Below, piece by piece: positions 12,535 through 22,663 of a stretch of 64,000 bases of DNA (positions within the stretch are counted from its first letter, which is position 1; each line of letters begins with the position of its first letter). The stretch is taken from NCBI GenBank assembly GCA_965649765.1, contig OZ287757.1, positions 52,018,001-52,082,000 of the forward strand, read 5' to 3'. Position numbers and translations under genes: made by a program. Source of the DNA: Bispira polyomma (lineage: Eukaryota). Below the pieces are notes generated by a model that worked only from the letters and a program-made list of their open reading frames with translations, did no database searches and was not told the origin of the DNA.

Positions 12535-12850
12535 GTAGGTCAAAGGTCAATCAATCATGATAAACACCAACAGGACAGACATTGAACAGGTGTTTAAACT
12601 CGGGAATAAGGTAGGTCAAAGGACACTCGATTATAGATAACACCAACAACTCAGACATTGAACAGGTCTTTAAACTGGGTAATAAGGTAAGTCAGAGGTC
12701 ACTCCATTATTAAAAACACCAACAGCACATACATTGAACAGGTCTTTAAACTAGGAAATAAGGTCAAAGGTCAATCCATCATGGTGAACACCAACAACAC
12801 AGACATTGAACAGGTCTTTAAACTGGAAAATAAGGTAGGTCAAAGGTCAC
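12473..12850 (+). repeat. Five tandem 76-bp units (one is 72 bp), each the last 20 codons of the exon plus the splice donor
   Basis: Unit starts 12473, 12549, 12625, 12701, 12773; GT at 12535, 12611, 12687, 12763, 12835. Confidence 0.95.
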
Positions 12851-13138
12851 TGTGAACAAATTAGTTAAATAATATAAAAAACCTTCTGGTGTTATTGTGA
12901 AGGGTAAATATGACTTGTACAATTTAATAACTTTAGATGTGTGCCTAGGAGAATGTTTTTAGTATACCAGCAACTGTAGAAGCTATTATTACGACATCAC
13001 ATTAAATTACGTTACTTAGTTAGCACATTCAACATAGATAAGGAGAAGTCATTAGATATTGCATGAGGGAATATTTTACAAACTTTGTTAGACATGCTTG
13101 AATAATAATAATAACTAAGTCTGTGACTCTCTGTTTAG

Positions 13139-13341
13139 GTCAAAGGAGAAGTGAACAAACTCTACAAACTGCTGGAGATTGACATCGATGGCGTCTTCAA
13201 GTCCATGCTTCTCCTCAAGAAGAAAAAATACGCCGCCTTGACGGTCACCAAGGTGGGAGATAGCTACGTCACGTCACAGGAACTCAAAGGGCTGGACATT
13301 GTGAGAAGGGACTGGTGTGAGCTCGCTAAAGAGGCTGGGAA
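13139..13341 (+). CDS. POLA1: POLA1 exon ([18 protein letters not shown]...KKKKYAAL...[18 protein letters not shown])
   Basis: tttag/gtaagt; KKKYA and [10 protein letters not shown] family-B motifs; 203 nt, ends in phase 2. Confidence 0.97.
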
Positions 13342-13349
13342 GTAAGTGG

Positions 13350-13632
13350 ACTTGTAGTGACCATTTGACTGGACTTGCAGTGACTATTTGACTTGTATTG
13401 ACCATTTGACTGGACTTGTAGTGACTATTTGACTGAACTTGTAGTGACTATTTGACTTGTAGTGACCATTTGACTTGTAGTGACCATTTGACTGGACTTG
13501 TAGTGACCATTTGACTTGTAGTGACCATTTGACTTGTAGTGACCATTTGACTCGTAGTCACCATTGGACTCGTAGTCACCATTTAACTTGTTGTGACCAT
13601 TTGACTTGTAGTGACCATTTGACTTGTAGTGA
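13350..13632 (+). repeat. 18-bp minisatellite (CTTGTAGTGACCATTTGA), ~14 units, some with a CTGGA insert
   Basis: Direct tandem repetition starting 9 nt after the exon end. Confidence 0.95.
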
Positions 13633-13786
13633 TTTATGTATGGTTTGATGTATTGCATTTGTGTCGGAAGTAAGACTTAGTGAATAATGAGCTTCCCGTT
13701 TCCAACTTGTGCCACAATGAGATCGGTTTGAATCCTGTTTGTTCCTCATTACAATGAGCAAAGTTTTATCCTTTTTTTTTTGGTAG

Positions 13787-13919
13787 CTACGTCGTGAGTG
13801 AAATCTTGTCTGGTGAAAATCGTGAGTCGATCGTAGAAAACATCCACAGTAAACTTTTAGAGGTCGGACAGAAAGTCAAGGATGGGTCAATTCCTATAGA
13901 ACTCTACTACATCACTAAG
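13787..13919 (+). CDS. POLA1: POLA1 exon (N|YVVSEILSGENRESIVENIH...ELYYITK)
   Basis: T-tract ggtag acceptor, gtaggt donor; 133 nt keeps frame; aligns to human [20 protein letters not shown]. Confidence 0.93.
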
Positions 13920-14054
13920 GTAGGTCAAGGTAATAAATATACAATAAAAAGCCCTTCAAGAAGAACTCTGAAAAAGTCTATTTTTGATTTCTTGTCGAGA
14001 AAAATTGTTCTATCCATGCAAATAGTGCAGAAAGCAAAATCTCAGTTTTTAATA

Positions 14055-14248
14055 CAGAAGAACCTCTATTATCTAAACTTCTATTATCCGAATATTAAAT
14101 TTTACCACTATATTTCCACTCTTCCCAAATATAGTTTTTTTTTCATATTGTTTTACACTAGAAATGCCTCTTCTATTTTATGAACCTTCAATTATCCAAA
14201 CAAAATCTTGCTCTACCCCCACATGTTTGGATAATAGAGGTTCTATTG
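14055..14248. mobile_element. MITE family M1 copy
   Basis: ta-CAGAAGAACCTCTATTATC ... GGATAATAGAGGTTCTATTG-ta. Confidence 0.7.
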
Positions 14249-14634
14249 TAGAAAGTTCATGAAATAGAAGAGGTGGTTCAGTATTTAAAAGACCAGTAGA
14301 GAAAGTGAAACTTTGGGAAAGTAAAAGTAGGTTTATATAGTTAAATATTTGGATAATAGAAGTTTGGAAATGAAATGGTTCTAATGTTTTTGGAATAATG
14401 CGTCAAATTGTTTCTGCAGGAATACTTTTCACAAAAGTAAAATTGAAACCAGTCCACCCAAATGTCACAACGTGCTTAGAAACAAACCAATTTCACATAA
14501 ATGCATAAAACATTTAATTTATTGTTGGTTTTTTTATTTTGGAAAGTGTAAATAAATGAAATTTGGATATTTGCATAGTAGATGGTTTCTTAACTTCTCA
14601 GTCTTTGGAATAATATAAACATGTCTTTCCATAG

Positions 14635-14766
14635 CAACTGACCAAGAACCCCGAGGATTACCCCGACAAGAAGAGCCTTGCACACGTACAGGTGGCGCTA
14701 CGACTCAACTCTAAGGGAGGTAGAAAGCTGAGAGCTGGAGATACGGTGTACTACGTCATCTGTCAG
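14635..14766 (+). CDS. POLA1: POLA1 exon ([44 protein letters not shown])
   Basis: catag/gtgagt; 132 nt; aligns to human [18 protein letters not shown]...GDTVSYVICQ. Not in the ORF track. Confidence 0.96.
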
Positions 14767-15004
14767 GTGAGTTGTTATAGCAATGGTTAGATGTGGTTAG
14801 TCTGGTGATTAGAAGGTCCCTGGTTTGACTCCCGCTGGAGTTGTTGCAATAAATAGGTGTGGTAATTATTGTGGTTAGGGAGTTATTCAGGTGATCAGAA
14901 GGTCCCAATTTGACATGATCTTTAGCACTAACATCACCACCCCTCTCTGGGTCTAACCTAGCTTTCTACAAATTGTTACCTCGTGTATCTACTCCCATTT
15001 CTAG

Positions 15005-15179
15005 GACGGTACCACCTTGGGTCACAGCCAGCGAGCTTACCATCCCGACGAAGTGCTCAAGTCGGAGACTCTGAGCGTGGACACCCACTACTACCTGGCC
15101 AATCAGGTACATCCCGTGGTCGCCAGACTCTGCGACCCAATAGACGGCACAGACACGGCGCACATAGCAGAGTGCTTGG
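15005..15179 (+). CDS. POLA1: POLA1 exon (DGTTLGHSQRAYHP...YYLANQVHPVVARLCDPIDG...IAECL)
   Basis: tctag/gtacgt; 175 nt; YYLxxQxHPVVAR motif of the thumb region. Confidence 0.96.
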
Positions 15180-15417
15180 GTACGTTACTAAGAGCGGCAA
15201 CATTTGTTATAAATAGTCGAACATTTATTTACATATGATGATCATATTTAACACACTTCCCTTCCTCCTCTATGGTACCAGTTCAAATCATCTTTTCCGG
15301 GGCTTTAAGTGGAAAAGTTGGTTGTTCCTTGTCGAATGTCACCGGTTTACAGTGTAGAATCTTGACTAACTAGCAATGTGTTAAAAGAGACGTTAAAACC
15401 CCAAATAAAATAAAATT

Positions 15418-15681
15418 TGGTCTCCCATGGCCTTGGGAGTTGGTCTGGTGATCAGATGCAGAAAGTTCAACTTCCACTAGGGGAGTTGGTCTGGTGATCG
15501 CAACATCCGCGGTTAGAATCCTGCTAATGTTGTTAGGTTTATTTAGTGGGATAACATACTTGGGCAAGATGTATGAACACGCCATTGCCGACTAATGATG
15601 ACCCAGGCTATGTATATGGTGTAGGACAAATGAATGGTTAATTGATTTGGTTGCTGTGCTTTACAAGATGCCTTGCATCAA
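15418..15681 (+). mobile_element. SINE family C copy
   Basis: Similar to 6931-7190; the last 27 nt match the reverse complement of the LINE tail at 5470-5496 at 25 positions. Confidence 0.6.
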
Positions 15682-16136
15682 AAAGGGGCATTAAACATAT
15701 ATCATGCATTAGTTTGTGTCGGGCTTTACCATGTTAATACAAATTCATTGTACAAGTTTTTTCTACCAAATCTGAAAAACCTAATGGCTGTAACAGTGAC
15801 TTTATTTTTCTTTTCTAAGAATGGTGTTTAATATCATATACAGCCAAAGTACTAGAATCACTAATTTAATACAAGGTTGGTTTAGCAAAGAGGTGAATTT
15901 TTTTTTCTTTAATTAAAATTTTTGCGATTTAATAAATTAAAAAAAAGTAAAATGCAATAATAAGGGATAGAGCAATTTGGAGCCAATTTTAGCGCCCACG
16001 TAGGCTAAAAAAGGGTGCAATATTGAAAATTCTGGTGGTCATCTGGAATTTTTGTGCAATTTTCATATACAATTAAATATATCCACAGCGGGGGATTATT
16101 ACAATGTTTGAGTTGTATTGTTTTTGACGTGTATAG

Positions 16137-16315
16137 GCCTGGACCCCAGTGGGTATCGTCAGTCGATGCGTAGCCATGATAACGAGGAAGATGAGGCGTT
16201 ACTAGGAGGGGTTGATATCTCTGAGGAGGAGAAATACAAAGACTGTGAGAGGCTTAAGTGGAGGTGTCCTAAGTGTGAGAAGGAAATCATAGTGGACGCA
16301 GTCTTCACTGGGGTG
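16137..16315 (+). CDS. POLA1: POLA1 exon (G|LDPSGYR...EEEKYKDCERLKWRCPKC...VFTGV)
   Basis: tatag/gtaagt; 179 nt; linker and first CxxC of the C-terminal domain. Confidence 0.95.
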
Positions 16316-16382
16316 GTAAGTCTTAGTTCTTGGGTAATGCAAAATACATACTTTGACTCACAGCTTTACTAGTTAAGATATA

Positions 16383-16564
16383 CGGTGGAACCTGTATTAT
16401 CCGAACATGTTGGGAAAGCAATACTTTGTTTGGATAATATAAGATTTGTAAAATAGAAGAGGCATTTTAGTTCAAAACAATAGTAAAACATTTGGAGAAT
16501 GACCTTGAGTTTCGTAAAATCGAATATTTGGATGATAGAAGTTCAGATAATAGAGGTTCTACTG
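16383..16564. mobile_element. MITE family M1 copy
   Basis: ta-CGGTGGAACCTGTATTATCCGAAC ... GTTCAGATAATAGAGGTTCTACTG-ta. Confidence 0.75.
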
Positions 16565-16606
16565 TATATACGAAGCCTGATACCACAATTTCCATACTTC
16601 GCTGTA

Positions 16607-17088
16607 GGGCGCACTGTGGCCTAGTAGTTATAAGCGTTTGTTTTTAAGTCACTGGCCTTTTACCTCTGGGAATCGAATGCCACAGATTCCTTTTTCATGT
16701 GAGGAAGTTTGTCGGGTACTTGCCCTAGGTCGTTGTGGGCCGCGGTGACCTCGTAGTTAGCAAGCATTGCGCTTCACAATCACTGGTCTCTCACCTCGGG
16801 GATCGGCTGGCGTGGGTTCAACTTGTGGATGTCTATGTGGGAAAGGTGGTAGTTCCTTACTGTGGGCTGCTGGTTTCAGTGCAGAACCTTGATCAACTGT
16901 ATGCAGTGTTTCCTCCAGCGTTCCAACTATCCATCCAAATATAACCGAATTACAGGTACTAGAGTAAATATCCAAATTCAATTGCCCTAGGTCAGTGGTT
17001 TTCAACACTGGTTCCCCCACCACTAGTCCTGCCTGTCGCAATGTGACCAAATTGTTAAAAGCAATGTAAAATGCAAATAAATTCAAAT
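16607..17088 (+). mobile_element. SINE family B copy split by a family A insertion
   Basis: The B sequence resumes after duplicated ttgccctaggtc (16720-16731 / 16982-16993). Confidence 0.75.
16737..16981 (+). mobile_element. tRNA-derived SINE family A (young, ~245 bp)
   Basis: GGGCCGCGGTG head, B-box-like GGTTCAACT, core GTGGGAAAGGTGGTAGTTCCTTACTGTGGG; 12-bp TSD. Confidence 0.85.
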
Positions 17089-17222
17089 TCCAGAAGTACT
17101 ACATCATCTGTATGTATACAAGATAAATAAATTATGTTAAGCTTTAAAATGTTTTGGAAGATGGACATTTGGAGTGACCATTTATTGATATCTATTTACT
17201 TTGTTTTTGTTTGCTTTTACAG

Positions 17223-17348
17223 AAAGAGTACATTGCCTGTACACTAGAGCAATGCCCTGAGTGTAAAGTCTCACAACTGGAGTTTCTGCCTCTGCTCAAG
17301 AACTTACTGACACGGTGTGTACGCAGCCATATAAAACGTTATTACCAG
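17223..17348 (+). CDS. POLA1: POLA1 exon (KEYIACTLEQCPECKVSQLEF...HIKRYYQ)
   Basis: Long pyrimidine tract ttacag / gtcagt; 126 nt; IKRYY matches human IKKYY. Confidence 0.92.
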
Positions 17349-17459
17349 GTCAGTGTGAAGTTAGTGTTGTTAACAGCCTACCGGTATGCCGCATGTTACT
17401 ACATACAAAGCTGTAAACCTTTGTCAACCCCCATATCTTGCTTCATATAGCTGTCTTTC

Positions 17460-17742
17460 AGCAGGCTTACCAGGGGAAACAGAATCTCAGTCTCTGATAC
17501 CAGATCCAGTAAACGGATTGGATCCTAGGCCTTCTTCTATGGAACAATTTACTAGCCAAAAAAGATCCCAGAAAACCCTCTCTGGTTTCAGAAGCAGCCT
17601 TAAGACCCATCTCTTCACCCTCACTTACTTTACATTCTCCTCCACGTCACCCCTTCCCCCAATCAAGAATTTGCAGGGGGATGGGACTAGGATTTTTAAC
17701 AACTCTGTCAATGATGTTGCGCTTTAGAAGATGCCTGGCATT
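17460..17742 (+). mobile_element. L2/CR1-type LINE 3' fragment (family La)
   Basis: Peptide FRSSLKTHLF and tail GTTGCGCTTTAGAAGATGCC. Confidence 0.6.
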
Positions 17743-17998
17743 AATTAGGCTTGTTTAAACTATATCATATCATATCTGATTTCAGTGAAAAGGTACTATC
17801 ATTTTAATGACCCCTATATTTTCACAGCACAGTTTACTCTTGTAATATATAATTTGCATCGTACAACTTCTACTGTTTTACTGATTGTGTATCCGATGAG
17901 GTTTTCTTTCCCGTTATCACTGTTCTTTTATTCACCCTTACAAGTAAGCTGGGTTGATCTTGACTATATATGTAAGAAACAAACTTTAACAAAGCATT

Positions 17999-18199
17999 CT
18001 GGCCTAGTTGTTACAAGCATCTGCTTTAAAATCACTTGTCTCTCATCTGTGGTGATTGAATCCCACACATTCCTTCTTTATGTGAAAAAGTTTGTCAGGT
18101 ACTTGCCGTAGCTCGGTGGTTTCCCCTACCACTAATCCTGGCAGTTGCAATATGACCAAAGCTGTCGAAAGCGACGTAAAACCCAAATAAATTCAAATT
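17999..18199 (+). mobile_element. SINE family B copy
   Basis: TGGCCTAGTTG head, AAAGTTTGTCAGGTACTTGCCG core, GACGTAAAACCCAAAT tail; another degenerate copy at ~18325-18482. Confidence 0.7.
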
Positions 18200-18975
18200 T
18201 ATAATGCCACATTACAAATGAAGTTGTTTACAAGTAAACATGGACATTTGATGGACAAAAAAGTTTATAAACAGGAAAAGTAGGCGCTGTTATCCTATTT
18301 CAAATATAGATGGCCCGCAATGGATATATAGTGGTTAGAAGCATTAGCTGCATAACTTTATAATCACTGGCATCTCATTAATGTGGAAAATGTTTGTCCA
18401 GTAGTTCCAATTGCACTGGTTTCTTCCACCATTGAATCTTGCCCTTGTAATATGACCTAATTTGTTCAAATTCTATTTCAAATACAATCAAAAATCCCTT
18501 TAAGTGGAACTCTGTTAAGTCGATTTACCCTAAAGTTTTATGTGGTGACAATTCTGTAGTTCCATCAAGACATTTTCTATTTAAAGTCTACCTGGTTAAG
18601 TAGAAATCCTGCTTAAGTAGAGGTATTTCTCCTGGTCCCTTGGGGTTCCACTTAAAGGGGGTTCAACTGTAGTGGTTTCTAGGAGTAAATTTGTGTGAAA
18701 AACCTGTGTTTAAAATTGACTTAAATGTGTCTCACCGAATTTATCGCATTCACACACATGAACATAGAATATGTCGTCCCTTTATAGTTTATGTAGAGTT
18801 ACAAGTCTAAAACCACTGATTGACACTAAATTCATTTTTATAAGAGCCGCCATTTATATTCTATTTGTCCACAGGGAACTTTCAAGACAAACTTGATTGA
18901 AACAATTAATGACATTAAAACCCATAAATAATGTGTGGCATTTGGTGGTGGCTTGCTACACACATACACATATGT

Positions 18976-19202
18976 GGAGTAAGGGATCTAAAATTCGCCA
19001 CCATATCTGAAATTCGCCACCCATAGAATTTAAACCAAATTAATTAAAACTGGCCAAAAAATAACTGGCATTTAGGTAAGTAAGGAAAAAAAGTCACAAA
19101 AATCTGAATTTCAGCAAAGATTACTCACAATTCTACCAAAAACCAAACATTTTCTTGGTGGCGAATTTCAGATATGGTGGCAAATTTCAGATTATCTACT
19201 CT
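18976..19202. mobile_element. MITE family M3
   Basis: ~45-bp TIRs GGAGTAAGGGATCTAAAATTCGCCACCATATCTGAAATTCGCCACC / GGTGGCGAATTTCAGATATGGTGGCAAATTTCAGATT. Confidence 0.8.
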
Positions 19203-20441
19203 ATATGTAAATATATATCTGTTCAAATAAAAGTTTTCACAAAAAGACACTTAACAAGTTGATGGATGCTTTTGCATCCTGCTGCATTTTTTTTGTTTCA
19301 CAAAATGACTTGTTATTTTATGTAAATGGGGTCTTTTTTTTTTTAAGAACCATCAAAAAAAAAACCCGGAGTAAAGTAGCTATTTAATTCTATGTGAGTG
19401 TGAAAGAAGCCCTATTAATTATGTTACAATACACGTGTAATTAGTGTCAAATCAAATTGCTAAATATGGTGTAGTTTGATCAATGCTAAAAAAGGGCCTC
19501 GATTTTGATAGATTGTCTATCATATATATGCTATTGAGACTTTACTGGGTTGCCTGTGTGTGCGTGGCTATAAAACTGTGTGTATGGGTGTGGTATGGGT
19601 ATGTGTGTGGCTGTGACAAGCTGCGTGTCTGGTTGGTGGATCATTCACACCTGTATACTGCCTGGGAGAACAGCTCTATCAATCATTCAGGGTGGCCACC
19701 GATTTCTATCTACGCACACACAGCGGTTGGAAACTGCCTCTCCTTAAGTTAAGGTGCAACCTTTACCAATAAAAGAAAATTAATAATAAAAAATACTCCA
19801 CACTATAAATTGGGCTATGGCTTAACAAATCTTAGTGATATTTTGAAAGAGAAAAAAATTTGTATTCTACCCAAAAAAGTTTTTAAAACCAAAGTTTTTT
19901 GACGTTTTCTGTGTATAAGAAGTTTCCGATCACCTTAAGGTGACAACTCTCCCCTCCCCCCTTTTCAATTCGGCAATGACCGATGTATATTTATAATTAA
20001 AACCGCCCCGAGGAAGAGTGCTGTAATATTTCATTAGAATAATCACCCTCCTGTTTTCTCTCCATAAGCCTAATAATATCTCGGTAATTGCGGCCACTTC
20101 ATTTAATGTCTCCTACCATTTCATTGGCCCGTACCATACCACTACTACAAATGCTTCAAAAAAGTTAGATAATTATGTGTCAAGCTCATCCTCAGACTGA
20201 AGCGCATATTCTCGAGCTTAAATACAAATTAAGTTATGTGCATGTTTAAAATCAACACTGACAACTAAAAAAATAAAGTGAATGGTTTACAAATATATAG
20301 ATTAGTTTAAGATTAATTTCCATTGTACAAGAAGTTGTCAAGAATTTCCACATAGCCTTTATTTAGAGTTTGAGTTGAATGGGACTTTGAAGTTAAGTTT
20401 ACGAGAATATGAGCCCTAATGAATGTCTACTCAGATAGTAG

Positions 20442-20487
<46 letters not shown>

Positions 20488-21010
20488 ACCTTTTTTATCA
20501 AAACAACTGTATATAGATGTATATAGTATATATAGCCTGTAAAATTGAATTATAATTATTTTAAGTCCATTTTTACTTGTAAACATATCTAGCGGTTCTC
20601 ACTTCCGGTTTTTATTCAGGTAGGTTTTTTCGAATTGAAGATATCGTTCTCAGTATCGTTTTGGAGATACGGTCTAGTTTCCTTACAACCATCTTTTTTT
20701 GTCCCGATATCGGCCGATATTGAAGTAATTATAGGTTTGATATCTATCTCTACCAACCTAAATGATTTAACCACTAGTATGCATTCATTGTTACTTTCTT
20801 AGCTGGAATAAATGACACTTACCAACAAAATATTTTTTTTTAAATTTAAGCTTTACAAAATGTCAACTTTCCATTAAAATTGATATGTACTAAAACACCA
20901 AATATTGATGACTTTTAACCAATAATTTAAGTAACTTATATTATGAAAATCATCATTTAACACAAGTATTTACTAAAGTAGTAATTAATGTTACAGTATT
21001 ACTGTCTGTA

Positions 21011-21178
21011 CAGTAGAACCTCTATTAACCAAACTTATATTATCCAAATATTCGATATTAAGAACTCGTTTCCACTCTTCCAAATTAATGTTTTCCTATT
21101 ATATTATACAAATTTTCTGGTATAACCAAACAAAATTTTTTGCTCTCCCAACTTGTTCAGATAATAAAGGTTCTACTG
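21011..21178. mobile_element. MITE family M1 copy
   Basis: CAGTAGAACCTCTATTA ... ATAATAAAGGTTCTACTG. Confidence 0.7.
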
Positions 21179-21297
21179 AAATTTATCGTAAAATGCAATA
21201 TGTCAGTTGAAATTATATCACCCACCAGACTCCAACCGTTTCAATATTTGATGTTTTCAAATAATTGGCCCCCTGAGGCCTTTATATCTATATATGT

Positions 21298-21531
21298 AGA
21301 GTAAGGAATCTAAAATTTGCCACTGTATCTGAAATTTGCCACCTAGAAAATTATGTGGTTTTGGTAGAATTGTGGGTAATATTTGATGAAATTGAGTTTT
21401 TTGTGACTATTTGCCTTACTTACCTAAAGTCCAGTTATTTTTTTTTCGGCAAGTTGTAATTGATTTGGCCTTAAATTTTTTGGGGTTGCGAATTTCAGAT
21501 ACAGTAGTGAATTTAAGATTCTCCTTACTCC
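21298..21531. mobile_element. MITE family M3
   Basis: GAGTAAGGAATCTAAAATTTGCCACTGTATCTGAAATT ... AATTTCAGATACAGTAGTGAATTTAAGATTCTCCTTACTC. Confidence 0.8.
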
Positions 21532-22158
21532 AAACACGGTGTATATATGAAAAGTGTAACAGATATATATACTCGCGCTACCACAAATTGAATGCATAAT
21601 GATCAATGAAAACACTTTGTACCCTGGAGGAGAGAAAATGTAGTGTAGTTGTAGTAACACTTACAATTAGCACACACATATCACCCCCCATTACACCCCC
21701 CCCTCCCCTCCCTCAGGACACCCAAGTTTGCACGCTGTAAAATGGCAATGAAAGTGCTCGTGGTTGAGAGTCAGTGGGTTTTAGTAGCACTTTATGTGAC
21801 AAGTTGCCTAGGGAGGGGGGTGTCTGGTTTGTGGTGAGTAGTTGACACTGCGATATATAGAATTACAAAAGGACACACACTCTTTGGTCTTGACTGTGCT
21901 AGGTTTAAATGTCACTTTTAAACATTTTTGTATATCAATTCATATCACAGTGGGCAAATAGTTCAATGGTTTTTCTGCTCCTACAAACCACCGACCTTCA
22001 GCAGGTCTGCTGCCAAATTTTGAATTTGCCTTTTAGTTTAAAGCCGTCAGGTAGCCAAGTCGCTGTGTATATAACATTTCATAATTATATAATGAATTTA
22101 GTCTTTTATGTTCACTGATATGGCTTTAGTTCTTTACAAATAGAAGAGTTATAAATAT

Positions 22159-22538
22159 TAGGGGTGAGACAGGGGGCCCGGTTACCCGATTACGGACCGA
22201 ATTTTGGAGAAAACCGGGGCGAAATTGCTATTCGGGGGCTCAAAAACGTATACGTTTTATAGTAAAAATCTGTCATTATTGCCTATAATCCTAATTCACT
22301 TCGCGAAAACAATAACTTTGGTCTAATTTCTGCTCCCAACATACATTTTCGTTCTAATTTCTAATATTCCCCCAGATATTTGCCTTTATTTTTCGATAGA
22401 TTTTGTTTACATCTGCCGCCATTTTGTTAGACTGGTTTCTGGGATTGGTGCATACTAAATTCGCGGGTACCCGGTTTCGGACCGGTTAGACGCTAGCGAT
22501 TATTCGGGCCGTTTTTTTTAGGGCCCGTCTCACCCCTA
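22159..22538 (+). mobile_element. 380-bp non-autonomous hAT-like element
   Basis: TIR TAGGGGTGAGAC / GTCTCACCCCTA; CpG-rich subterminal motifs; 8-bp target duplication shared with the neighbouring copy. Confidence 0.8.
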
Positions 22539-22663
22539 TTTGATACACACTTAGTATTATCCTCAAACTGGTGTCTTAAGATAAAGTAGGGGGTGGGATA
22601 GTGTTGGGATAGTGCTAGTATAATATATCAATATTGGAATATTTAGAAGTGCTGCGAGTTCCG

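Noticed and set aside
13425-13761. Minus-strand repetitive ORFs (YKSNGH)n
   Set aside because: Translation of the 18-bp minisatellite.
13920-14183. Extension of ORF 13794-14183 past the exon
   Set aside because: Intron read-through into a MITE; similarity to POLA1 stops at the 13920 donor.
14966-15216. Overlapping alternative-frame and antisense ORFs
   Set aside because: Shadows of the GC-rich POLA1 exon 15005-15179.
16735-17086. Recurring peptides VGKVVVPYCG / AAHSKELPPFPH in several ORFs, suggesting a gene family
   Set aside because: All are translations of SINE A copies.
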